Below the pieces are notes generated by a model, which was not told where the DNA came from, made no database searches, and saw only the letters and a program-made list of their open reading frames with translations. A stretch of DNA of 64,000 nucleotides from Vicugna vicugna (Eukaryota): NCBI GenBank assembly GCA_013265495.1, contig MU058010.1, positions 37,145 through 101,144 on the forward strand. Direction: 5' to 3'. How positions within the stretch are numbered: position 1 is the stretch's first letter; each line of letters starts with the position of its first letter. Positions 38,926-52,384 of the stretch are shown here, one piece after another. The translations under genes were made by a program, and so were the position numbers.

Positions 38926-41900
38926 TGAACAAATGTGTATGATTATACAGTCATGTATTTTTTACATTTTTAATTGTGGTAAAAACACATAAAATTTACC
39001 TATTTTAACCATTTAAAAGTGTGTAGTTCAGTAGCGTAAAGTATATTTACATTGTTTTACAACAGATCTCCAGAAATTTTTCGTCTTGCAAAACTGAAAC
39101 TCTATACCCATTGAGAAATGTGTATGTTTTACATGATTATAAAATCATGACGAAATATCAAAAGATTCTTAATAGGTTGTAAACATTTGTTAATGGGAAA
39201 GGACTGCGTTTCTGAATTAAGGGACAGAGAATTAGGCAAAAAACAGAAAAAGAATTGCACTAAGATAAAACATATACAATATTATCACATTTATGTATTT
39301 ATGATACATATAAAAATATTTGTGTGTATATATGTAAATGAAATAAAGGTAACTAATTACAAAGAAATCAGTTAAATTAGCAAATGTTGGAAGGAAGAGA
39401 TAACAGATGGAGTAGAAGTAAGCTAATGTTCTCATCTTTCATAACACAGTCAGTTTATACTATTGAGTACCAATAAATTGGGAAAACAAGGCATAATGTA
39501 ATATTCAGTATTACAGAGGCAATGATCAGAGGAACTTGAAATGAAAACAGCTAAATGTGGCTATCTCTGCTAAATAGAACTAGGAGTAAAGAATGGGAGA
39601 TTTTGCTTCATGCTTTTATCTCCTGTAATATTGGAATTTTTATTACCATATTTATTTTATGTTTATAACCTAAAAAATTGGTAAACTTAGTACATATTCT
39701 CTGCATACTTACAATCAAGTTACACAACACATAAGAATTAAAGTACTACACAGGGCAGTAATCATTCAATAGCATAATTATCTGTTTTGAAATATGTGTA
39801 TAATAAAATCATTTTTCCTTAAGAAGTGAAGTTTAGTAGCAGCATTAATGAGGAGAGAGGAGGCACTACATTTAAAACTTCTATGATCATTATGCAGATA
39901 GTAATGTCTAACTCCATAAAATACTAAGATGAATTAAGGTAAGTAGCAGGACAGCAGTAAGAACATTAACCTAAAATTTGAAACCAATTTAAATATTCTA
40001 TGGTCAGCTATACTATGTAATGGAAAACCATGTCAGTTTCCTCCTTAAGTGGCTCAAGTCACATTAGCATTACAGTATCAGGCAGACATAAAAGAAAAAT
40101 GGATCTTGATCTAAAAGGTTCTCTAAAGCACGCTTGATGTTCAATAATTTTAGCAGAAGTCATTCATTTCCTTCAAAACTAGTTGCATTTAAATCATGGC
40201 TTTAAACATAATTGTGGGCAAATTTCAGACTTCCAGAGAATGTGTGAATATGCAGGAATATGGGAGGGAGGAGTGACTGAATTTGCTAGAATCTATGTGT
40301 AAAAATCAAATAATCTTTCATAAATGTTAAATACCTTAGAAAGCATGAGAGTGTGTTAGCAGCTGTGTCTGCTTTTCTGCTGCTGTTCTTAGAAGAATGT
40401 GTGTTGGTATTTTTGTATGGAGCTCAAGAATGGGGTGCATTTTTCATCTGTGTGTGATGTAACATTGTGGTTGGTAATAGACATTCTTCTGTCTAAGTTT
40501 TGGTATTGAAAGATGACATATTAATGTGAGAAATTGGATTTTGGTTATCAAGAGGAGTAGAAGATTCTGTCACACCTTCTCAATACTGATTTTCAAAATG
40601 GATCACAATGTTCAGAAATAATGAAATAAATTAGCAAACCACATGTAAAAGAACATATGTTGACCTATCTTATACATGGCAATTAAGGCAAACAGGCTAA
40701 TTGTTTGGTCCCAGCTATCTCTGGATACATGTGAAAATCTGTATTGCAGCTATGACTGTTGCATTTCCTGGACTACTACAAAGGCATTGACTCCTCAGAG
40801 TTTGAAAGAGAGAGAGAGATTGGTCATATATTTAACACTTAGCATGTTTCCTCATGGAAAAAAAAAGGATTAAATATATACAGAGGATGTTCCATGAATT
40901 AGTGCATATAAAAAACTCTATTTTCAATTAGAAGTTATATTTTACAACCACACACACACACAAAAGAACCTACTAATCATTCTACTATGACTGAAATGTT
41001 TTTTACTCCTCAATTTCATTCTGAAGACATAGTCCATATTAACAAAAGTAAAGCAGAGAAAAAAATCAAGATGGTTAAATGGATGACTTTCAAAATGTTT
41101 TGCTTTTAAAATGACTGGCTTTTCATATTAGTGATTGGGCAATTCTCCATGTTACTCCATGTAACAAAAGCAGAATGTTGATTCTACCTGTATGTTTTCC
41201 TTTGACCAATTCTCTTGTTTGTAATAAATTCTCTATTCAACTCTCCCTAGAAATTAAACTTAATTCCTTTCTCTCTGAGAATGTTGAGAGCCTCTTTCTA
41301 TTCTTCAATACACTTTCAATAATGCATGGGCTAAGGTGTAGCCAGTATACCCATGTGTAAAAGAAAGGAGACTCTGGAGTATAGTTCAAAAGTTGAACAA
41401 GAAAAGCAAAGAAATAAAACAGCCTGGCTACCTGAATAGGTAAACGCAGGTAGGGAATGTTTGTAAAAGGGATTCTTGGAATTCTTCAGAAAGTTATATT
41501 TGGTGAATTTTTAAAATTCCCTCTTGTTATCTCCAAATCTTCAGAAGAGCTTTGTTTATCATGACAGACTGTCCATCTGTACTGATGGGAATTCAGGGAC
41601 AGATCAAATCTCTACAAATAATGTGTACTGGCTCTTCTTATGAAAACCTGCTCTGGAAAAAAAAAAGAGTCACAGTCTTCGTATTGTAAACACAAGTTTC
41701 TTTTCACTTGCTCTTCTATTCATTTTCCAGCTTTCCCTCCACCATTTCATATGTGAGTTTTGCAGAAAGGTTCACAGACTCACTGTGCACTTAATGTTTT
41801 ATATATAAATCCAAAAACTCCACCACTATCCCAAATTAACGATAACATTTTGTATATCCTAAGATTCACACTAACATCAGAGAATGTAAAAGAAACTAAT

Positions 41901-41929
41901 ATTTATTGAATGTCCATCATGTAGTATTT

Positions 41930-42790
41930 TTAAAATTTTATTTTTATTGAAATGTAGTTGATTTACAATGTTAGTTTCAGGTGTACAGCAAAGCAATTCA
42001 GTTATACATGTACATACATTTTGTTTTCAGATTCTTTTCTATTATATGTTTGTGAGCTGGTCTTGAGATGAGTTAAGGCTGTGGGACCCAAGGCCATGAT
42101 CAGAGCATGTTTATAGTATGTAGTAAATAATTGCTCCATGCATGCATCAATTATATAAGATTTAGAACAAGGAAAATAGAAGTACACATATGCTACAGAT
42201 ATTCTGTAAGCCTAATGAACAAAGAAACTCAGACTGCGCATGTGCTGACAGAAAACAGATAAAAGCAGGACAGGTGCATCATAGGCGCTCACCTCCCTGT
42301 GGCAATGAAGTGTTGTTAACCCCATGGTGTCTCCGGCTGAAGTCTGTCTGGAGGTATGGCAACTCCTCGTGCATTTTTTCATTTGGGCCGCTCACCTCCT
42401 AGAACCCCACGTCAGCCTCCCTCGGCTGACAATTTTATTACAAGAAATTGAAAATAGTTCCCTGTGCGATACAGTAGGTCCTCATTGTTTATCTATTTTA
42501 TACATAGTAATGTGTGTCTGTTAATCCTCAACCTCTAATTTATCCCTCCCTGCCATTTCCCCTTTGGTAATAAATGTAGTTTGTTTTCTATGTTCTTGAG
42601 TCTATTTTTGGTTTGTAAATAAAATTTGTGTCATTTTTTTTAGATTCCACATATAAATGATGTCATATGATCTTTGCCTTTCTCTGTCTGACTTACTTCC
42701 CTTAGTATGATAATCACTAGGTCCATTCATGTTGCTGCAAATGACAATATTTCATTCTTTTTTATGGCTGAGTAATATTCCATTACATAA
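41930..42790 (-). mobile_element. L1 3' fragment hosting the 42051-42431 LTR
   Basis: ttttattgaaatgtagttgatttacaatg tail and ...gtccattcatgttgctgcaaatg ORF2-end sequence. Confidence 0.8.
42051..42431 (+). mobile_element. Solo LTR inserted into an L1 3' UTR
   Basis: TG...CA termini, near-TSD ATGTT/ATTTT. It splits the L1 motif ...tattatatgtt|ttattacaag.... Confidence 0.65.
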
Positions 42791-43259
42791 GCTACTATTA
42801 ATCATCTCATTTAATCTTTATAACCGTGGATCAGAAAGATTACAAAACTACAACCAATAAGGGTGACAAGTCAAGCCACATATGTTTTACATGCTAATTT
42901 CAGCTTTGCCTGGTCAGGATACTGTTCCATCTCATCTTTTTTGGTAAGAGCATCCCAATTTCCTCTAAGGACTCTACAATTCCTTGTGGTTTGAATGCAC
43001 CTGCCCATCTCATTCTCTCACTTGTGTAACTCGTCCTTTCCCCTGCCAGGTCCCCTCAACAAACCTAAGCATTTCACTCAGGTATGACTAATCAGAGCCC
43101 TCTCTAAACTTTATTTACTTGAATTATCAAAGAAGACTGGCTAAGCCATTGCAGCAGAAGCAAATGAGGAAGACATGAAAAAAGAAACAGAGAAGAGTGG
43201 ATGCGAGAAATGTCAGGGAGAAAGAGACAAGGAGGGTCCCAGTTGACTTGAATCTCTAG

Positions 43260-43415
43260 CACACCATCTTCATGGGCATGCAACCAGCATGTCACACAGG
43301 ATTCTATACCTTGCACATAATGTTTAATGCTTTGCTGTAGCCATCTTGAAATTCCTAATAATTTTTAAATAAGGCATCTTGCTTTTTTACTATACAAATT
43401 ATGTAGCCAATCCTG
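43260..43415 (+). mobile_element. MER53-like non-autonomous hAT element
   Basis: cttcatgggcatgcaacc...tcttgaaattcctaataattttt...caaattatgtagccaatcctg. Confidence 0.65.
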
Positions 43416-46400
43416 ATATCTAGGTCCAGCTTCTGAGTCATGTTCTTTCTATTAGGTGAACTTCATTAGTATTTTTGTTGTAGTTGTTATAGGAAAATAA
43501 AATATTTTCTGTCCTTAAGCTAGTTTGAGTTGAGAATCTGTGACTTGCAATGGAAACAGTTTTCACCAACATATTTCCAAACCTGCACTTTTTATCAGTT
43601 CTCAGGTTGTGATACCATCAACCCCTGATCATCTGTGAAGCATAAATTATTCACTTATGAATGATTTATGACACAGTTTTAACACTAAACGTTGTTTTCT
43701 TGCCATCTGTCATGCTTTCAGCTAACTTCACAATATCAATTAGAGTCCATGGAATGAAAACTAGTGTTAACAATTTCTAAAAATATGTATATTTCATTTA
43801 TATAAAATATAAATACTTAAAATATCATTAAAAATAGAAACATATATGAAATCAAATAGCATGTAGCAAATGCATGCCAGGGAAAATTATAATACATATT
43901 TTTAGAGTGATTTCCAGTTTATAAAATGTTTTTACAAACAATTTGTCACTATAAGAAGTTCTCTATTTTGAATGGAGCTAGTGGGCCTATTAATAGGTAA
44001 ACCATCTACCTGGTAATGGATATACTTTGCATATTAATATTTTAGAAACAAATGAAGATATTATCCACTGCCCATATGGAAGCATAGCTTACCTACATCT
44101 GAAATTGAGTTTGTGGCACTGGTAATCACAAGCTGGTAAAATCTGGACAAGTAGAAGAAAAAACGTCTATGAGAAACTAAAACAACTGGAGGGATTGGGT
44201 GCTGCTGAATTGAGACAGAACTCAAAGACAGCAACTGTTCCCAGCAGAAGAGTGAAGGCTAGGGAAGGACATGGTCCTTGCACGAAATCATGCATATTAA
44301 TTAGATAAAAAAGGACATGAGCTTCACATTCTGAAGTATCGGAACGAGGGCCTGTCTTCTGAAACCTCAGTTTAGAAAGTTAGGTTGGACTAGAAGTACT
44401 ACTTAATTTCAAAAAGCAGCTGGGCATATTTATTAAGGTCACAAGAACACGTGGTTACTAAAGGGAAGTAGACTGTCTGAACATTAAGGTTTAACACAGG
44501 TTGGGTAGAGGGCTAAGACGCGTGTCCATAGTCTGGTGGTTTTATCTGTCAGAAAAAAAAAAAAACTAGGGAAAAAAATTCTGGGCTGGAGTCCCCTGTG
44601 TGTCTCTCTCCCCTGAGAACTTCAGCAGGGCCTGGTGTACAGAGTTTTCTGCTCAGCATTGTCCCAGCTCGCCTCACTTATTCCTTTGCCAGCCTAGTTT
44701 GTCCTTGCTCAAGATCACCATTCAGGAAATGGGTAAGGTGCAACTCTTCCTTGTCATAGTGTAAATGAAGAGAGGATGTTTTATTTTGTTTACAACAGTT
44801 CACTCCCTCCTGTTAGTAAAGAAGTGAAAATTAGATTTAGGGAATCACATAACTGAGAGAGGTGAAAATAGAGTTATAGAAATGGCAGGACCTTAAAATG
44901 AATTCAGGATTTAGTAACCATCTGAAGGACAACGACAGATGGTAAGTTTAGAGGTGTACAAATATAATGGGAAGAGGTCAGATGGATTCCGATAGCAATT
45001 GCAGAAGAACTGCGTGATAGTTTTGAGGAATAAAGGAGAGAAGAGAAACCATATGGTGAGATGATAATTAGGCTTCAGCATTTGCCTTTAAGAAAAGAAA
45101 AATCTTGGAAACTTATTCATGAAGACACAACCTGAGGTAAAGGAAAAGATTTATTGGAAAATGGAAGAAAGAGAGATGGCATTATAGGTCTAAATTGCAG
45201 AATCTTGAAGAGATTTTGTAGCAAAATTAAACCCAGGAAAATTAAGACAGGAAAAATAGTAATTTAAATAACTCTGTACTAAGGAATCAGGGTTCTTAAT
45301 TATAGGGATAGTAGAACAGTACTGAGAAATTGAACAGAGTTTCCGAAGAAATTATTTCTAAAAACTAACCCCAAACATTTTGACACTGAAAATACACTGA
45401 GTGAATTCTCTGCTGATTAAAATGCAGATCTCTTCCTTATGTCCAGGGAGAAAAAACAAACATCTTCAAGTGCAGAGAAGCATCTCTATGGACTGTGGGT
45501 GACTGGCTAAGCAGACTGAAGCTTGCTAAACTCAGGGGTCACCCTGTTCACTAGGGTAGGACCCAGTGTGCTTCTTTAAAGTCAACAGAAGGTAGATGTT
45601 TCATGACCTTAAGCAACTAGTCAAAACGTCTTTCTCCTGCCTATTCTCTAGTCCAGACAATGTGTTTTGCTGTGTTAGTTTATGGCAGTTTCTGCCCAAG
45701 AGGTTTCCCCTCATTCTTCTGAGGTATCAGAGTCATGATAGCTGGAGTAGCTGGATTTTAAACCATGGAAGAAACCAGGCGATCAGATAACCTTTTCAGA
45801 GAGAGCTCTGGAGCAGTGGCCTGTAGGATGCAGTGGTGGACCAGAGTGGAGTCTGAGAAGGCAGTCAGAGGGTGGGTAAGCTATGTAGGCGAACAGGGGG
45901 CAGAGCCTGGGCTGAGGCAGGGGCATTGGTGTGGAGATAGTGCATTGGAGAGGTATTAAGGATTAGAAATTGACAGGATTAAGAGACTGGATGCGACACG
46001 GAGCAGGTTTCTGCTTAGGTAACTCTGTAGCTCACATTGCTGTCCTCCAAAGGGACTTTACTGGGTAAGAGGCAGATGCAAAAAGAAAGATATTGATTTC
46101 ACTTTTGTAAGTGTTGGATTTTAGGTGTCTGTGGGATAATGTTATTTTTCCTCCTTTCCAATTCTGACTGCCAACCTTCTGATGAATATTTTTGTTTACG
46201 TGGATTAAAATATAACCTTGAAATCAAAGTTATCAGCCCTTTGATCTAGAAGGAACCCCAACAAAGTCTAATTATGTGTGAATTAATTTGATTCTCAGAG
46301 GGGCAAATTTATTTCATTCTTTCTTTTCAGATTTGGGGTAGTGCTCACTGTTCACCCTGGACCACCTTGACTTGGGTGTAATTTGTTAAAGAGAAGGCAA

Positions 46401-46791
46401 AGTCAAAGAGAATATTCCAGGATTTCTGTCTGGAATATTGAAGAATGGCAGTGGTGCTGGCAAACATTAGCAACTGGGATTGAGATTGTGAAAGGTTCAT
46501 TTTTGTTATATGTCTAAACTGGGAATATACTAGAATTGCGATATCATGGAATGTCAGACTGGATGGGACTATCAAGGAGAAGGAAAGTTCACACTCATTG
46601 AGCATATAATATGTACACAGTACTTTGTGAGAACCCTTTTGTATATGTTACTTCAATTAATCTTTATAATATGCTTTAAATTACTTCTCCTGTTCTGTAA
46701 ATGGAAATAGAGAGTCTCAGAGGATAGGTAAGTAGTTCAAAATCACTCAGTTATGCAGTGGATTATCTAGAGCTTTTAGAGGATATGAAGG

Positions 46792-47347
46792 TGTTACCAC
46801 AAAAGGGGAAAGGAAGAGACCCTAGTTCTTGTCATACCCCAAAGATAAGAATTCAGATGGGAGACAGAAGCATTGTGCAGTGAAGATTTTAAAAGTTTTA
46901 TTTAGCAAAGGAAAAGTACACCTCCAAGACCAGGAGGTGGGCTGATCCAAGGGCAGACAGCAAGAGTCTTTGTTTGCCCCCTTCTCTTATGCCCTCACTT
47001 AGAGGTGGTCTCTTGATTAATTGACGGCTCTTGCCCCTGAGTGCTTAGTCATGCTCATCACCCTTTGCTCATGTCCTTACCCATGATGCACACAGAAAAA
47101 CCTATGGGGGGCAGGGCTAAACCACAATGCTAATTATATTACAGTGAGCCTTGGGTCATGTCAGGTTAGGTCCTTGTCACTACCCCACAGTTGCAGCTGT
47201 TTGGTTCTAACTGGTTTCTTGCTAGCTCTAATTTAGAGGAAGTAAAGCCCCTTCATGCTGCTAGCAGGTATACTGCCATCTTCCAGATCATCCCTCCTCT
47301 CCTCTACCTTATCTGCCCGGTGCCCTCACTTACCTAACTACCTAACG
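46792..47347 (-). mobile_element. Solo ERV LTR (family shared with 60023-60585)
   Basis: 4-bp TSD AAGG (46788-46791 / 47348-47351). TTTATT on + strand is AATAAA on -. Long similarity to 60023-60585. Confidence 0.85.
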
Positions 47348-48777
47348 AAGGGAGCCAATATCACACTTGGTACCCTATGCCAAAGGTATGAAAGTTAGTT
47401 CTTAGGCAGCAATAAAAGGTCTCTTTCTATGCATAAAGTACTGATAAACAAATATTCAGTATAGCTAAAGATTTAAAATTTTATGAGGGCAATTAAGAAA
47501 AATGTCTACAAACACTCTTTAAGGGGGTGATAATAAAAAAAAAGGTTGAGAAACATGGATTTAGATCCCATTTCACTTAATAAAGTTTTTCATTTTTTTT
47601 CCTATTTTGCTGAATCCTTTTTTGTTCCACATGAAACCTCGTGTTGAACAATAATATATACAACAGGTAAAAGCAGTGTTGGTTTAAATGTCCCTTGGAA
47701 GAGGGCTCAGAGTCATTCCATTTCCGATACCTTTCCCTTCCCCTTCTGCGGTGGCTCTGGAGGAACCGATATGAAAGTTTAGGCTCTGAGCATCTTAGTT
47801 TGAATATCTGAGGAACACAATTTAACTTCTTCATTTTGCAGATGAGTAAACTGAGGCACGCTTGTAGCCGGTAAGCATGAACTCCTCCAGTTATTTTATT
47901 ATTTGGAGGTCACAAATAAAGTGAAACCGATTCAGGCTTTCTCCCTTGGGGCCTACTGCAGGGTGAGATGCTATCACATAAGGAGATGGGGAGAGAAAAT
48001 AAAGCCCGAGCAGAGGTCAGGGAAAGAATGTTTAGAGAGACGAGGAGAAAAATAAGCAAGCAGAGATGTTTGAGAAGGATATTCAAAAAAAGAAAAAAAA
48101 TTTTTGTGACTATGTATGGTGACAGATGTTAAGCAGACTTATTGTAGTGATCATTTCAAAATATATACAAATATCAAATCATTATGTTGTACACTTGAGA
48201 CAAATATCATGTTATATATCAGTTATACCTCAATTAAAATTTTTAAAAAATGGATAGCTATCAAGCACAGCAAATTGAGAGGGTGTCAAGGATTGAGATC
48301 CGACAGTATACAATTTTCTGGTGACTTGTGACTGCAGGTTAAGAACAGTGTACAGACAGAGCTTGATTTCACAGGAAATTCTAAATACTTCAATCATTGT
48401 AAGAAAGAAACCCAAGGATGCTAACTTTGCTAACCACTGCAGCTAACTGTACAATACCCTCTCATGACCGGATGGAGACATCAATATGCTAATCACAGCA
48501 AATTGACAAAACCATTCTTAAATCTCTTGTATTAGGATAGGCTCAACTAAAGAATCAGAACCAAAGCAAATAATGCACACATATAAGTGCTTTCAGGAGA
48601 GACCTCGATAATGACAGGCTTTATGTACATTTGATTTTATAGAATGTCGAGAACACAGTAATTCACCTGAGGATAAAAAAGGGAAAACATATATGGTGAT
48701 GAGGAAGAGACATAAAGAAAAGAAAAAGAACATTTGAAAAATCTCTATTGGGTACCAGAGAATTCTTCTAGCTTATT

Positions 48778-48792
48778 ATATGTGTGTGTATG

Positions 48793-48823
<31 letters not shown>

Positions 48824-48862
48824 GCATGCACATATATATGTGTGTGTGTGTATATATATATA
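48778..48862. repeat. Compound (TA)n/(TG)n microsatellite
   Basis: Alternating purine-pyrimidine tract. Confidence 0.9.
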
Positions 48863-49601
48863 AGCTTTGAATGACATAGTTATTTGCTCTTGTTAGACAA
48901 ATTATTATCCAAGTGACTCAACAAATTATATCTGGGTGTTAGTAATTGTGTTTTAATATGAAGGAATTAAACTGTAATCTTTTACAACAGTCTTAATGAT
49001 TTCTTAATTCCATGTTGCTACTTATTTCAGATAATGGGAGTGTGATCTGCTAGTGACATTTAAAACTCTCAAATGAACCTTAGCTGTGTGTTAGTATTAG
49101 TTAATGTAAGTTAGTTGACATTAAGGAATACTCCCATTCTCTCTCAAATGGCTCTATCACCTACAAATATGGGCAGATTAATTTTCTAATCAAAACATCC
49201 TGGAAAACTATTAAGCATGACGTTAAATTGTGTTCTACTAATTATATTTCCTACGAAACATTTCTATCTCAACTTAAAGCATAAGACCCTGGAGAAAACT
49301 TAGCAGAGGACAAATTACTTTAATGTGTTTTAAAAAGAATTACACAGCCATAAAATAATTTTGCTTTTCATACCTACCTTAAATTAACTCTGTTCCTCAC
49401 AGTGATTCAGTATGGTGGCAAGATATTCTTGATCTTGTTCAACAAATTTTTTTAAGGTATTAAAGCCTGTGCAGTGTGTAATATGGCAAAGGGAAGAACT
49501 TGACTCTGTCGTGAATATTTGTCCCAAATTAATATTTGCTTCTTGCTGGAAGACCACTCTCACTGAAGAGACAGAAATAACTGAACAAAAGTAATTGTGA
49601 T

Positions 49602-50025
49602 AAAACAGAAACAAACTCACAGACACAGAGAACAAACATGGTTACCAGGGGGGAAGAGGGGTGGGAAGGGATAAATTGAGACTTCGAGATTTGCAGATAC
49701 TACTATATATAAAATAGATAAACAACAACTTTCTAACTGTCTAGCTCAGGGAACTATATTCAGTATCTTATAGTAACCTATAGTGAAAAAGAATATGAAA
49801 AGGAATATAGGTATGTATATGTATGACTGAAATGTTGTTCTGTACACCAGAAATTGACACAACATTGTAAACTGGCTATATTTCAATAGGAAAGATAGAA
49901 AGATAGAAAAAAAGAAAGGAAGAAAGAAAGAAAAGAAAAGAAAGAAATTTTATATTACCACCACAAATGGAAGACCAGTAAGTTCTACTTGGTATAAGAT
50001 AAAGTAACACTGAAAATTTAAAAAG
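49602..50025 (+). mobile_element. 5'-truncated L1 with (GAAA)n tail and probable 3' transduction
   Basis: Perfect 15-bp TSD aaaagtaattgtgat (49587-49601 / 50026-50040) encloses the L1 3' UTR, a GAAA tail and ~75 bp of non-L1 sequence. Confidence 0.85.
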
Positions 50026-50065
50026 AAAAGTAATTGTGATGCACCAAGGGAGAAAATTAATTTAG

Positions 50066-50250
50066 CAGAGGGTCAGAAAATATTTTTCTGTAAAGGGCCA
50101 GATAGCAAACATTTTAGGCATTGCAGACCACATGGTCTCTGTCCTATGAATGCTACAATTGTGAGCAAAAACAGCCATAGACAGTATGTAAAAGAAAAGG
50201 CATAGCTGTATTTAAATAATATATTTTTTTACAAAAAATAGTCGGTGGAT
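50066..50250 (+). mobile_element. MER58-like hAT-Charlie element
   Basis: cagagggtcagaaaatatttttctgtaaagggccagatagcaaacattttaggc start. Confidence 0.65.
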
Positions 50251-50640
50251 CAAAATTGCAATGAGATATCACTTCACACCCAGCAGCATGGCTAAATTCA
50301 AAAAGGTAGATTAAAAAAAAATGTTGGTAAGGATGTGGTGAAATTGGAAACTTCATGCCCTGCTGGTGGGAATGTAAAATGGTGCAGCCACTTTGGAAAA
50401 GTCTGGCAGTTCCTCAAACTGTTATCATACGACCAGCAATTCCTCTCCTGCATATATACCCAAGAGAAATAAGTACTTATGTCCATGCAAAAAATATATT
50501 ATTTAAATACAGCTTGTACATGACTATTTATAGCAGAACTATTCATAATAGTCAAGAAGGAAAAAAACCCAAATGATCTATCAACTGATAAATGGATAAA
50601 CAAAATGTGCTATATCCGTACAATGACACACTACTCAACC
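50250..50640 (+). mobile_element. Old L1 ORF2 3' fragment
   Basis: ORF 50355-50576 begins CWWECKMVQPLWK, the L1 C-terminal motif. Confidence 0.8.
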
Positions 50641-50802
50641 CTTCAGGGACGTTTGGCAATGTTTGGGGAAATTTTTGGTGACAACTAGTGAGTAAAAGTC
50701 AGGAATGCTGCTATACACCATACAATGCACAGGACAGTTTCCCCCACAACAAGGAGTTATCCAGCTGTGGAAGTTAATAGTGGTGAGGTTGAGAAACCCT
50801 GG
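50640..50802 (+). mobile_element. MER20-like hAT-Charlie element
   Basis: cagggacgtttggcaatgt...aatgcacaggacag...gaggttgagaaaccctg. Confidence 0.7.
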
Positions 50803-51160
50803 TATAGGCACGTAGCTTATATGACTGTATCAGTGATCATTTGTGCATATGATCTGCTTTTTTCTCATCTAACATTCTACTGTAAAACAGCAGCAATTTT
50901 AACCAAGACAGACAAGCAGCCATGCCTCAAATCTGGTTGGGGAGGCAACCCTGTTCTGTCTTGCCATTGAGGGTTTGGAATCAAAGTGCAGAGTCAGTGC
51001 TAATGGCTAATTAGTCTAATATCTGTCATTAAGCAGAAAATGTTATAGAATTTATGCACAGCGAGATATTCCTCCACTGTAGTCAGGTGGTAAAGCAATG
51101 GTGAACTTGGTAAAATTAAATCAGTCAGGTTTGGATTAGGCTTGTTACTAAACGGTTCTT

Positions 51161-51562
51161 TTTTTTTTAACATTTTTTATTGAGTTATAGTCATTTTACA
51201 ATGTTGTGTCAAATCCAGCGTAGAGCACAATTTTTCAGTTATACATGAACATACATATATTCATTGTCACATTTTTTTTCGCTGTGAGCTACTATGAGGT
51301 CTTGTATATATTTCCCTGTGCTATACAGTATAATCTTGTTTATCTATTCTACATTTTGAAATCCCAGTCTGATCTCTTTCTGGCTTACTTCACTTAGAAT
51401 GACACTCTCCAGGGACATCCATGTTGCTGCAAATGGTGTTATGGCTGTCGGTTTTTATGGCTGAATAGTATTCCATTGTATAAATATACCACCTCTTCTT
51501 TATCCAGTCATCTGTTGATGGACATTTAGGCTGTTTCCATGTCTTGGCTATTGTCAATAGTG
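51161..51562 (-). mobile_element. 5'-truncated young L1 with internal deletion
   Basis: Same tail as the 15614 element. TSD aaacggttctt (51150-51160) / aaatggttctt (51563-51573). Confidence 0.88.
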
Positions 51563-52384
51563 AAATGGTTCTTGTTTTAATGCATTGACCACTTGGAAAG
51601 AATTCATGGCAAAGAATTAAATTAGTAGTTTAACTCGAAACTGAAAGAGGGAAACATAATGGTTTTCCTTGTTTCCTAGCCCTCTGCCTGTGTACTAATT
51701 TAATGGAGAGAAGGCAAATGCATGTAAGAGAATAATAAAAGAAAGTGGAAAGGCAGGTGAAGGCAGGTGGAGGAGGGAATAGGTTTTATTACTCAAAATT
51801 AAAAAAAAAATCCTAAATGGAAATGAATTATTTGATTTTTCCTTTCATGAACTTAATAGCTGATTGTGGTCTCAATGCCAACAAACTAAAATTTTTCTGG
51901 AGGAATAGTTAAGGGAGCTATCTCTAAAGTTCCTATATTTCTGTTGTTTTCTGTGTTTTGTTAAAAACTCAATGTGAAAAAAATACTTATTTTCATACCA
52001 AACCAAATACCCTTGATATGAAATATTTCCAATAAGTAGAAAATTATAGGAAATAATAAAAAATAGGCACAAAAAGACACACCACTGAGATCAAATACAT
52101 GTTAACATCTTGCTGGATTTATTTCAGCTCTTTCCCTTCTAATAGAAAAAAACATTTACAGATTCTTTAGCTATAATGTTTCAGCTTTACTTCCTTAACC
52201 TTTTTTCCTTTCCTCTCTGGAACATTGTTGTGTTTATTCCCCTCCTGTTTTTGCAGTGTTATCACACACACACACTTTACATATATATATAGAGAGAGAG
52301 AAATTTATTTTACTACTTGATTTTTCTCTTTATTTTTGAGATTTATTCACATGTTGGCCTAGTAATTTATTTTATTCCTTCTTA

